The notes beneath the pieces were generated by a model, which ran no database searches, had not been told where the DNA came from, and worked only from the letters and a program-made list of their open reading frames with translations. A stretch of DNA of 60,114 nucleotides, counting the filler, from Hausera hauseri (taxonomy: Eukaryota), in the NCBI GenBank assembly GCA_046269625.1. It is 11 parts of 11 records of this genome, joined end to end, with 100 filler letters (N's around TTAATTAATTAA, not from the genome) between each part and the next. Parts side by side here need not be neighbours in the genome. Positions count along the whole stretch, not along the records: positions 42,876 to 49,426 come from JBJURY010088098.1; positions 49,527 to 53,608 come from JBJURY010772649.1; positions 53,709 to 60,114 come from JBJURY010104098.1; 8 more parts are not named here. One strand, written 5' to 3'. The number at the start of each line of letters is the position of its first letter. The first letter of the stretch is position 1. The position numbers were made by a program, and so were the translations under genes. This document shows, in pieces, positions 47,889 through 59,961 of this stretch.

Positions 47889-48942
47889 CAATACAACTTG
47901 TCTTTCCGATCGCCTGCATATTCCGACCGCAAATTTTGGATCCGAGAATTTGTCCATTGCATTCTACATAGTAGTTCCGACTACTTGCCTAATGTGTATT
48001 GCGATCACCTTCATGAGATCCCATCATTGGAGTAACCTGTTTATTGCCATCACAATACATGCTCAAACAGCAATTTTTCAAATTTAAAAAAACAAGCCTA
48101 GCCTAAATACAAAAACAGATTTTTTCGATATAAACAAATTTTATTTATATTTACTAACTAATTGATTTTTAAATTTTTAAATTTAAAAATTTTCCTTATG
48201 AAAATTGTCCTTAAAATCAAATCACTTTTCTTCAAAATTATGGAGAATATTTAACTCTAAATTTGTTTAAAAAATCCAAAATGTAGCCCCAAAAAATAAA
48301 ATCGTTTTCTTTCAAAAAGCTTAATCATTATAGAAAATGACCAATAGAAATGAATTGACTCTACAGGACAAACTGGACTTGACTCGACAACATGACGAGG
48401 AAGGGAAAAGTCAAGATAGCTTGCTCAGCAGTTTTATTGTAGCAAGACACAGGTGCAGTCCATTCTATAGCGGAAACGCTTTTGAAAACAACTGCAGCTT
48501 AACTTGTAAGCGCATCAGCTCATATGGATAGTATAATGCTGTGAATACGAAGACTTGGAAGTTGTTTTAAAACATGCGCTCGCTGAACATGCCTGTATCT
48601 GGTCCAGTGATACAAGACCCCAGTGTCCTAAATTTAAAGCCTCTAAGGTCTAGCGACAGAGCTTCAAAAATCGACGTAATGTAATGTGCAAAGTCATTTG
48701 AGGTGAGGGAGGCAGTGTGAAAAGGCAGAGGAAGAAGTGCAACATCATGCCTTGGAATTGACAATGCATGGTAAGCAGTTGACATTAGACAATTTCGCGC
48801 AAAAGTTGTAACTGTACAAAAAATAAATGTTAATTGTGTTTTAAATGGGTGTTAAATGTTAAAGCTGTCTAATCCGACCACCTGCATATTACGACCAGTT
48901 ACACTGGGAACCAATGGTGGTCGCAATGGGCAGGTTCTACTG
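47889..48942 (+). mobile_element. Internally deleted Tigger/pogo element
   Basis: TA-flanked TIRs CAATACAACTTG / CAGGTTCTACTG; subterminal CCGACCACCTGCATATT repeats; psq/CENP-B HTH remnant (LTLQDKLDL, MPVSGPVIQ) from 48337. Confidence 0.75.
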
Positions 48943-49612
48943 TAATTGATTTACATTAGCATTCAAATAAAACTTTAAATGTTGCTCAATTAATTCGACA
49001 ATTCTGGTCATTAATGTGCCTTACAATCCCATTCATCACCTTTATCCTGATACTTAAAACATGTTTATTTTTTTCTCATCTTTTCAGAATCTTATGTGGA
49101 TGCCATTGACGTTTGCCTCAAAGGGCAGTTTCTGGTGGTTTGTGAAAGATCTTTTTTACAGATATATTCAATTTAATTTTGATGTAGTAACATGGTGAAT
49201 CTATTTCCAACAAATTCACTCTTTTGCATTCAAACAATCTGATGGAGACTGTGTTCATTGCATTAAGTATTTAAAAGCAAATTGTTGCGCAGCTTGATGG
49301 ACACTGAACGATTAATACTCGGCGAAATTAACGACGAGCTTTAATTTTCATAGAATAACCAACATATACGGATACATGCTATCTTTGTCTCCGACATACG
49401 CAATATACATTACCAATTGGTCCAGANNNNNNNNNNNNNNNNNNNNNNNNNNNNNNNNNNNNNNNNNNNNTTAATTAATTAANNNNNNNNNNNNNNNNNN
49501 NNNNNNNNNNNNNNNNNNNNNNNNNNGGAAAAAATTATATAAAATGTAAATGTCTAAATCTGCTGACAAATTTAACAGTAGTTTATTTGTGAAATTACTT
49601 ATAAAATTTGCA

Positions 49613-50052
49613 AAATTTGACAAAAGTTAGACCTTCATTCAAACGTGATTTTTGACTGAAATATGCTACTTTTAAGCCAACTTTTTTACAGTGTGTAGAG
49701 GACGGAATGGGCTACAAGATTCTGTTATCGCTACCAAGTTAGCATGATCAGAAACATGAAAAATCGTGTTCAAAAATACCCCTAAATTCGTCTAAAATTT
49801 CACTAATTTTAGAAATTTTGACAATTTAGAGGTTCATTCGAATCAATGTTGTGACTGAAATATGCAACTTTTAACCAAACTTTTTTTACAGTTTATAGAG
49901 GAGGAAGTGGGCTACAAATTCCATCTAGTCACCAGCAAGTCAGCATGATCAGAAATATGAAAAAAATCGCATTCAAAAATATCCCTAAATTCATGTAAAA
50001 TTCACTAATTTTAGAAATTTTTTACAAATTTGACAAAAGTTAGACCTTCAAT
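49613..50052. repeat. Tandem repeat, ~205-210-bp unit, ~2.1 copies
   Basis: TTTGACAA..TTAGA..TTCA recurs at ~49613, ~49817, ~50029; AGCATGATCAGAAA occurs twice. Confidence 0.8.
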
Positions 50053-50548
50053 CAAGACCTCATTTTCTTGAATAAAACAATTTTTAACATATTCCTACTC
50101 CTCGCATAACGAAAAGCGGCAACATTTGACAATGAAAAACCGAATCAAATCTCATAAATTCGTAATTTTTTCAAATGATTTTATGGAGTACTGTCATGAA
50201 GTACACAAGTATTAACCAAAAATAGAAGTATGGTTGATGTTAGCAAACTACACAAAAATAAATGTAATTACTCAGAAGTTAGGAATATTCCTATTAAAGT
50301 TTCGTGAAATATATTATCGAAAACGCATTTCTTGTAAAAATGTGATAAAATGTCAATATTCAACAAAGGTAATATAAAATATTACTGTTAATTGGAGAAA
50401 CCACAATAATCCATGCGTTCAAAATCAATTTCAATGGTCATTTGAAAATTATTTCGAACACAAAGTTCATTAAAATACAAACATGACAATGACAGAAGAT
50501 AACTCGAATGACAAAAATCCCAATTAAATATACAAGAAACATCTATTC

Positions 50549-50871
50549 TCAGTCCACCAACATTAATTCCTCAACTTTCCAATCCTCATAAGCACCACCC
50601 GGTAAATATCGTCGGATTATAAATGGAATTTTGCCGACACACAGTTCTTTTTCGACAATTTTTAATGGATCCCGCTCTCCATCTAATTCTACCATAATTG
50701 GAGCACATAATGAAATTTGATTTACCCGCATGCCCAACACTCGCGCACGTTCGTATTTCGTTAAATATGGAGTTGTTTTGCGTTTGTTTCCTTCAACTGT
50801 AAACATCTGAGACGCATCTTGTGGTTGAGTGCCACTGGAAATGACGGCATTCTCTTGCTCGTTTGTTTCCG
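50549..50871 (-). CDS. RPB6: RNA polymerases I/II/III subunit RPABC2 (RPB6), last exon, divergent
   Basis: [34 protein letters not shown]...[16 protein letters not shown]; TTTCCAG acceptor before 50871; 5' exons unresolved. Confidence 0.9.
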
Positions 50872-52107
50872 CTGGAAATATAGGGTTACATCAACAAAAA
50901 ATCAAAACTCAACAATTTGTTCATTGTCTGATCCGTCTTGTGTGTGGCAAAAAGTCTAAAAAATTATATTTTCAAAAATAATTATCGAAACAATTCTGAA
51001 GCAAAATACAGGAAAATTGATAGTGTGCAAAGTTTAGCTTAATTTTATATAGATTGATTCTAAAATATAAGCATTTACACGAATGACAAATTCTATGTGA
51101 AATGTTCACAACAGGAACAGTTAATCAAATAATATGACACAAATAAGTTGTTTACTGACATGGAAACATTACATCACCAAACTAAAATTTGCTACAGGGT
51201 GATAAACATAAGATGGGATATTCGTTTATTTAAAGTTTATTACATTACCTTGTTTTCGTTGGTAAATTAATAAATATTTACTGGACATCTCTTCAAAAGA
51301 TGTTCAAGTAATGTTCTATGGATATTTAAGAAGCAATTAATCAAAACGTTAATATGCATAATTCAAAGAACGAACTGAACCTAAATTTAGTAACTACTTT
51401 TCCAACAAAATTGATACACGACCGGTGCAACACAGAAATTATACGGAATGTTCAATGCCTAATAGTGATCTAACCGGATTGTGAATCATTGTTTCAGAAC
51501 ATTATCATCAGCAGCTGGTTTATATGAAAATATATTCATATTGACGAATTAGAATAATCAAATTTAAGTCCACATAATAGTACTAGTAGGTACGTGTTGT
51601 ATTAAATAATTCCAACAACGCATTTTATACGTATTTACATATGAAATCCAATTTGACCTAGGTAATTTAATGGAATAGGATAAATATCCAATCAGAAATC
51701 GGAATCGAAAATAGTCATTAGAATTACACAGACGTACTAACTGTGCAAACAATTTTATGAATGCTCACTTCACCTCCAATATAAAATCAAAACAAACATT
51801 GCAACAATCAAATTGGAAAACATGACTGTAAATCTACAATTGATTTAACAAACGAGTGAGTAATATTGAAATATTCCCTTTCAAAAAACGTATAAACGGA
51901 TAATTAGTGTCAATATGTAAACAATAAAAATGACGCTAGTTAATTTAATGTTCTGTGTGCAATAAATCAACTATATAGAATAGTGAAAAAACGGCTTAAA
52001 TTTTTCAATACTAAAATTTCTTATATTACAAATCTGTTAAATTACGTAAAATTACTTAAACTGTATAAATCAAAAGCACTAACATAAGACGATACATTCA
52101 AAATTTA

Positions 52108-53229
52108 TTAAAAATAATTATTTTCAGTAAAATTGCAATGTTGGTATGTAGGTGCACCAAAGTACTGAATATCGGTCTGCATACCTTTTTCCTCTGTACA
52201 CTGTCCCAAGTTGAGCCCATTTTCGCTAGTAATCTTAAATAATGAAAATAAATAATGTTAAAAAGAAGTAAGATGTACCTCATTGTCTGTCTGCGTCTCC
52301 TTCACCTGACACATATCCATTAACGTATTAGTTTGTGTAGAAGCCGATTTTTTTACTTTCCTAATTTCACTGATAATTTGACCTTGCCTTCCCATCACCT
52401 TTTGCATATGGGCATTCTGTTGTTTCAACTGTTCATTCTGCTGCCTCAGATCAGTATTCTCCTTCTGCTGCACTTCATTTACCTTCTTCAGATCAGCTAT
52501 CTCCTTTTCCAACTGCGGTAGCCGTTGCTCAGTGTTCGATTTCTTTTGAATTTCAAATCTCATATTGAGATTTGTATGCAAACTGGGATTATTTACGTTA
52601 TCCAGTTGCATTGTTTCCAATATCTCTTTTTCACCCAATTTCGATCTGAGACGACTTTGCCGACGCTTTTCGGTTTGACACTTCCATTTGTCTACTAGTT
52701 CATCCCGAACAGCAATACGTTCCTGCGTATTGTTACAATCTTCCTGTGCCTTTGCCAACTGTGCCAACCGATGCTTAGTCATTTTCACTTGTCCGCTAGG
52801 TGGAAGGATAAGTCTTTTAATAGGTGCAGTCCGTTTGTTCCCACTTCCTTCGCACATATCTGATTGTCGGCTACATGACTGATTAAATTTCTTTATTGGT
52901 ACAACAGTTTTCTTTTTCTCAATTGGTGCGGCTTGTTCCTCATCAGACAAAAAATCGTCATCATCCGACAAAGTGACAGATAAATCCTTGCGCAGTTGGT
53001 CAATATCCACAGGCAACTGTCTGGCAACTGTCCCTGATATCTGTTTCTGACCTTCTGACAATTTTGAGCACTCTTCAATCAACTCCTGCGTTAATTTTTC
53101 AGTGGGTATGTAGACAGGAACATCATCTGGTACTTGTATATTGTAGTCTGTTCCATCCTTCCGCTGCTGCTCCAGTGCAGCGACCACTAAGCTTTGCTTT
53201 TCAGCATCAGAAAAAATTGTTTTTGGCAT
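52108..53229 (-). CDS. Uncharacterised coiled-coil protein with three LC8-binding-type QT motifs; two exons (53229-52279, 52233-52108), 358 aa
   Basis: TATATAA (53269-53263) and TCATT upstream; 45-nt GT..AG intron at 52278-52234; stop overlaps AATAAA; motifs KSASTQT, VKETQTD, EKGMQTD. Confidence 0.75.
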
Positions 53230-53569
53230 TGTAAATTAATGACAAAATAATGACACAGTTCCTTATATACTCTACGTAATATACCGTAACGTAATATGTA
53301 TATTGTATTACAATACATTAAATGTGAAATATTAACAAATGGTACAATTTACGTTGCGGAATATTAAATAAATTGTTCAACAAAATCTTGCGTTATGACA
53401 ACACTTTTATGCAAAATAACAAACAATGAAATAATTTATTAAATTTTACATTTGAATAAAAATTTTTCATAACAATGATACACCTATTACAAGTCCGATG
53501 ACAATCTTTACAACAGTAATATGCCCTGATTAGTATTTTTATATAATATGTTAGAGGATCAATATATCG

Positions 53570-53608
53570 GGTTATAGGGTAATCAATAGGGTAACCAATA
53601 GGGTAATG
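53570..53608. repeat. Short 12-bp tandem repeat (ATAGGGTAAYCA) at contig end
   Basis: ATAGGGTAATCA ATAGGGTAACCA ATAGGGTAAT. Confidence 0.7.
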
Positions 53609-56600
53609 NNNNNNNNNNNNNNNNNNNNNNNNNNNNNNNNNNNNNNNNNNNNTTAATTAATTAANNNNNNNNNNNNNNNNNNNNNNNNNNNNNNNNNNNN
53701 NNNNNNNNGTTCCGTCAAATCAGAATTGTAGTAAAAATTCGAGTAGATCGAAATCACCTATAAATGAAGACGGTCCACAGAGTCGGCAGAAATGGTAATC
53801 TAATTTGTTACATATGTGGACAAGAAGTACACGTAGCAAGGTCCTGTCCAAACCCACGAAGTGTTTTGTTTGTTGAACATAGCAAAACTATTGTAATTAA
53901 AAATGAGAATTTAGAAGCGATATCCGTAATTATACGAGCATGATTATCGAAATACAAGATTTACGACGTTTTTTGAAGGGTCAGCCTGATACTAATGACC
54001 CCGAAGTCTTAATGGCTAGGAATGAGTATGAGCACAAGTTGCGACTACTGGAAGTATATCATGGCTCCCGTGAGCCAGAAACTGAATATGAAGACTCAAT
54101 ATCCCCGCCAAAACTCATTGACATGGCACGAAAAAAGAATGTTCCTGCGATTACTAAGGTGCCAGGGAAACCGAATGAACTGAAAATTTTGGATGAAGTA
54201 GATTTAGATGCGGAACCTGAATATACGTTTGAAAAAGTAAATAAATCTAGAAGTTGATGAAGAAAAAGAATTTATGGAACCATTAATACTTAAAATTACG
54301 AAAACCGAGGCCGTAACCCTTCGTTAAAGCGAAAACGTAAGGATCGTTTGCGATCTCCTATGACTAAGGAAAATGTAGACACAGCGAAAGACTGAAATAG
54401 CTTTAGAAAGCGACGTAGAATTCAGTCTGAATACACCTGAGGTTGATTTAGCTTCACCTGTCGGAATAAAAGAATTAACTGAATCAGTAAACGAAGTAAA
54501 CTATATATGTCCAGTACCTGCTAGTGAAGAAGAGAAAGAACAAAGTGAGTGGTTTAATCAAAAAGGCTGGAAAATCAGACATTCGTGGAAAAATGCGGAT
54601 GAAGTAAATAAAATGCGAAGTAATTGTCTTGATCCAAGTTTTACAGCAAAATTTAGAGAAACTTAAAGAGATGAGCGAACAAGTAGACATTTCTGGTAAG
54701 GAACAACAATTTGTGGAAATATTGTACACAAATTGCAATTACGTAGTGAAGGGAAGCTCAGCGAAGAATTAGACTTAGAACAACCTGAAAAAGTATCACC
54801 AGAAACGTTGGCAAAATGGAAACACGAGTTAGAATCGTGGATAAAAAGTGGAATCAAATTTCCAGAAGAATGGGATAGATATACCGAGGATGTCGAAGTA
54901 ATAGTGGAAAAAGCTCAGACATTACTGACTATGTAACTTAGAGCGTGTTATGGATGGAATTAGTTTTGAAATGGTTGAGCGACTCAGAGAAAAAAACGGT
55001 TAATAAACGAAAATAATAAACGCAAATTTATAATTTGAGAAGCAGAATTATGTATGCGAATAATTAGGAAACAGAATATAATTAAGGCCTGTATCCTTGA
55101 ATTCGATGAGTACAAAGATGAGTTCAAGTATGCCAAGCAGATTATAAAAGGCCCTGATGACGAATTGGAAGACGCTTACAAAACGCTAGACAAAGCAATA
55201 CTGGCGAAAGCTGTAATAGGTAATCAACTAAGGGAATGATCCGGATTAATATGGAGACTGAGTCTGGTAGCGGAAAACCGGATAAAATAGTTCCCAGAAA
55301 GTGAACCAATAGTGAAGCCACAATTAGGAGAAACTTCATGAAACTTTGACACTATGAGGGCAGAAGCAGATATCCGAACGAATTTAGTGAATTGAGACCG
55401 TTAGAATTTATGAGTAAAACGAAAGAGATGACTGTCCTGAGGGAAATATATAAAATGATCGAAGAAACGGACTTTGAGTTGAAACGAAACTTGACATGCT
55501 AACTCTACCCATGCATTCGATGGCTTCGCCTAATAGGAGTCAAAAACTTAACGGAAAAGCCCTTAGGCGATTTTACAACGCAAGAACTGCAAATGTTATG
55601 AATTTTTTCAGATCATGAGAACTTTATTGTAGATGCGTTAAAGTTGTTGCACAATCCAACTAATTGGGTACTTGGAATGGATCAAAATTGGCACGCTACA
55701 TTGGCAGAAATAATGGAAGACCATCGACTTGGCGTTGAAAAAACAAGCTTCGTAAAGCAATTGATTGCAGAGATCGATACAGATTATAAAATCTTAGAAG
55801 AGATAAGTAAGTTGGTCCTATTGTTATTCGAAATGGCCAAATGAATGATGAAAAGATAAGACAGCTACAGACCCGAATATGCCAAGTTCGTGAAATGCAA
55901 ATTTGCACTGATCAGAGAAAAGCAGCAATAGATGAATTAACCCAAGAATTGGAAATTTGTCGAAATAAATATGCTATTACGGAGACAGAAATAGCTGACA
56001 AATCACAATTTGTGCAAAGATGACAAAGGGACGTAGCCTCTGAACTAACTAACTACGAAGAAAAGGATTGATCCAAGCCGACGAATTATGCCAGTTGTTA
56101 ACGTTATTGCGTCAAACTTCAGTAAATGGACGTTGTTTCCGAACGACATAAATTGTTAAAATACAACAAAAACTACGCGAATTGAGAGAATCGATACGTG
56201 ATACGAACGCAGTTTGACCAGCGGATATGCCAGTAATTGATTATAGATCGCCAGAGAATGAGTACGATCCAGAATGGGATGCGTACGTAGATGCAATGGT
56301 TTCCGAAAATTCGAAAACTCTTGTACATTTTTACGAAAAGGAGACGTGCTCACAGGATCGGAGATTCAGTGAGGAAATGCTTCTAGATTCGACGCAGACT
56401 GAAGATTTAGGTAACTTAATTAATGTAAACATCGTAGAAAATAAGTTAAGACAGTTCCTACCATTACTAAATTATCTACCGAAAGTATAGTGTATAGCGC
56501 CATGCCAAAACTTTTATTAAAGGAATATGCTAAAATCTTAAAGCTAAACCCGAAGAGGCGATTAAAGTAAGGATGTCGTCTAAATGGATGGATGAAAAAA

Positions 56601-57509
56601 GAAGAGTTTAATACGCGCTCTTTCGTAAGAGACGTAAAACAGTGGCTAATAAATAAGCAGTGGTGGTGGAAACGAACTGAATTATATATTCTAATTTAGA
56701 GGTAGAATATTATACGAATTGCAACAACTAACAGATGTTGGGATCATCCCAGATGAAATAAATCATATACTAGCAACGGTCACAACTGAGGAAACGAAAG
56801 AAGTCTCTCGAAAGGCTAAAACTAATCAATGTGTAGGACGGGTTATGGAAGTTCGAGACGCAGCAATGTACTTCGAATACTTGCAAACAGAAGACAAAGA
56901 ACAGTACGATAAAAATTTACTACCACCTAGTGAAGTCATATCAGTTACGACGAAACAGAAACGTCCTGTCGGCAGACCACGTATGATACAGGAAGAAATC
57001 GATTATAATGGAGACTTGTTTAGAGAACTAAGACAGATGTCCATACCTACCTTCAGTGCTTAGAAAAATTTAATACTCATAGTAAATCTCTCTTGTCTCC
57101 ACAGCGATGTACTAGATGAGAAAGAAAAAGCTATACATAATGCAGCCAGGACGATGAGAAATTTCCGTTTTCGAATATCAAAAATCACTCTAACCGATGA
57201 GACACTGATCGAGAAAATTATGATAGAGAATACCGTAGAAGAGTTAAGAAAAGTATTACTATATTTGACCAGTAAAACAAATCCGACTCGAGAAAACGAA
57301 TTTAAGAGCCACTAGCCTAGCGCGGAAAGCCGCCAGAAAATTACCTCGAGATGTAAATTTGTCGAAGCTATTTGAAAAAGAACATCAAAATATGCCCTCC
57401 TCTAGCATTAGTAACAGCAGACTTGAAGACAAGGTACGAAATTTAACCGGGAATAACCGAGAAAACGAGTCCAACTGACTAATTAACTTCCTAACTGTGA
57501 TGATGTTAA

Positions 57510-59350
57510 TTGGCTAATTAACTTCCTAACTATGGTGATATTAATAAGGCAAATGGGAGCTGTTACAATGTATGACTGAAAAATTCAAACTTGGTCAAGA
57601 TATTCATTAATGCATTTAGAGATGTACGAAGATGCAAGACCATATAAATTAGAGACGAAAGAGAAAAACTACGTACTGTATTAACAACGTGAGTGAGTCT
57701 CATTAGATGGAATAGAATGCATGCTGCGACGATCTCGCAGTATCTTCCATTGTGGACTAATCCAGACACTCCTCCATAATTAAGCCTACGACCCCACCAA
57801 TCCCAATGAACTTAGAACGCCAGCATTGTAAGCAAGCTAGAGAAACAGGTAGACTACAATGGGATGGCATGGAACTTGAAATGCAGCAAGGGAAAATAAT
57901 CAGAGCATTTAAAGTAGCAGCAGGAAAACTAGATATGCACAAGGGACACTTTAACGGCGCTGAATGATACTTGTAAGAGAATAGAATCAAACATAGTGGT
58001 TGTTGATTTCTACGAAACCGATATGCGAACACGAAAAGTGATGTTTCATAATGTTACTAAACTTGACATTGAAAACCAAAAGTCCCATATTCAAGACGGC
58101 ACTTGTGCTTTTAGAAGTTCAGTAGTAATTTGGGAACCTCCAGCCAAAACCGATTGCAATTTTATCAAAATTAAAGAATTAAAGTTTAATAAAACGACAA
58201 GAAAACTATATGTAAATAGTATATATTCTAACTCGAAAACAAGAGAAGACGTAGCTGAACAACCTACACCTATTATATAAATTTCCGATACTCATGAACT
58301 AAAATCTGTGAAGGACGTACTCACACGATGTGATGTAGTAATGTATGCCACTAATTATGAAGCATTTTTGTAGCTGAAACAGATAAATGCCAAAACATTC
58401 AAGCTTGAGACTTAAGATATACGAATTGAAGATTATCTGAAAAATAGAGATGACTATTTCTATTACAAAGGACAAGTCGGAATAACCGAACTGTACCACA
58501 AAATGATGACGAACGACTGTAAATTAGATTCGGAAATTATTAGAACTAAACTGGTTTTAATATATGCCAACCCCGAGCTAGCATCACCGAAAATTTCAAT
58601 GAAGGAAGGTGTTTTTGGCCGAGTGACCGGAAAAGTTTTTCTGACCTCAGTACGAAAAAAGAGATGTGCATATTAGTGTTGAAGAAAAGAGATGCATACA
58701 AGAACTTCCGGTATTATGTCAAGATAGACCGTGATTAGTGACACCTATTACTAGAATTTTACTGGCAAACTCAACTCAGCCAACAATTTTGAAGGATTGT
58801 AAACCGAGTCTGGGAGAACCAATGTTTAGACGTAGCGAAACTGATGGGGTAAGTCTACCAAACGGAGTTATAATCACTCCACCCATAAAGCTAACAGGAA
58901 CAAACTTAATAAAAGGAATAACCGATGATAAATTTAAAGACACCGCAGTCAAAGGCATTTATAGACCAAAGAAGTTGCAGTATTTAGATAATTTCTTGCT
59001 TTTCCGTGCCAAAGGAAGCATGAACTAAACCGAGCTATAACGATATTAGAGGATACGCGTTATCAAGCGAAATGGAAATCACTACTTGATGTTAACCATT
59101 ACCAAAGAGTAACCACAGAATTATTGTATAAAATTTGGGGAAGATTTTTAATTTTCAGTTAAGCCGCATCTGGATTTTTAGCAATTTATTTCTTAATCAA
59201 TCTGGTTAAAGCCGATTTTCGTGTAAAATTCTAACGGCTATTGTCACACCATTTGGTAAATTCCTAAAAGCTTACGCAGAAAGTAAATGGAAAGCGGACG
59301 TTGAACGGCATGTTGGTTACTACAATCGTAAAGGTAAAAGGAGAAATATT
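57510..59350 (+). pseudogene. env: Chuvirus-G/herpes-gB-like (class III) envelope glycoprotein
   Basis: Signal peptide, then MYD*(C)...YSL; EC...IFHCG; CKQARETG; DGTC...VIWEP...DC; GVFGRVTG; CIQELPV...VTPITRIL; pre-TM/TM WGRFLIFS*AASGFLAIYFLINLVK. Confidence 0.75.
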
Positions 59351-59961
59351 TAATTACAAACGGAAGATTATTAACATGAAAACGGGAAGAAATGTTTCTG
59401 ATGATGACGAGCCTAAGGAGAAGACGCCATCTCCAATATAAGTGGACACAAAAATTATTCCATTATAAAACCAGCGTTAACCATATTACCGCCAACTGCG
59501 CCTATATATGAATATTGTTAGAAACAATCTGAGTTCAAATCAAACGGATATCTATAGAAAACCGTTCAGCCTTGAGGATCCTTATGAAGGCACAAGACAC
59601 TACGGTGTATTACGCAAAGTACACGAAACTAAAAGAACATCTGCTCCATATCGTCGTTCAGCAGTTGACGACCACGGAATACTTTATTCACCTACAATAC
59701 TCAAGACGAACGAAATACGATAAACATTTTCAAGAGACCACGAAAGGCAGACTTAGGAACCAAGAAATGCAGTCACCAGTTAGAAGTCATGAAACAGAAA
59801 TCGTCAATTGCGCAAACAATGAGCTGTATCCAAATGGAGAACTAAGACGGTTAATGGTTCAGCCAGTTGCAGCCACAGAAGTTAGAATTAACGGATATAA
59901 AGTATCAACAATTCTGCATCCAAAAATAGCACAGAATTACTATGGTACGGTTATTGAAGGT

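Noticed and set aside
33604-53608. polB + RING + exonuclease + TRAF + RPB6 read as one giant-virus (NCLDV) insertion
   Set aside because: The genes lie on four separate contigs. polB is Polinton-type, RPB6 has a spliceosomal acceptor, and the exonuclease/RING follow a Gypsy integrase.
53570-53608. Telomeric repeat
   Set aside because: Only about three copies of a 12-mer, not a canonical short telomere unit.
4279-53708. Regularly recurring TTAATTAATTAA as a repeat array or CRISPR-like signal
   Set aside because: Always embedded in N-runs of fixed length; an artificial six-frame-stop linker.
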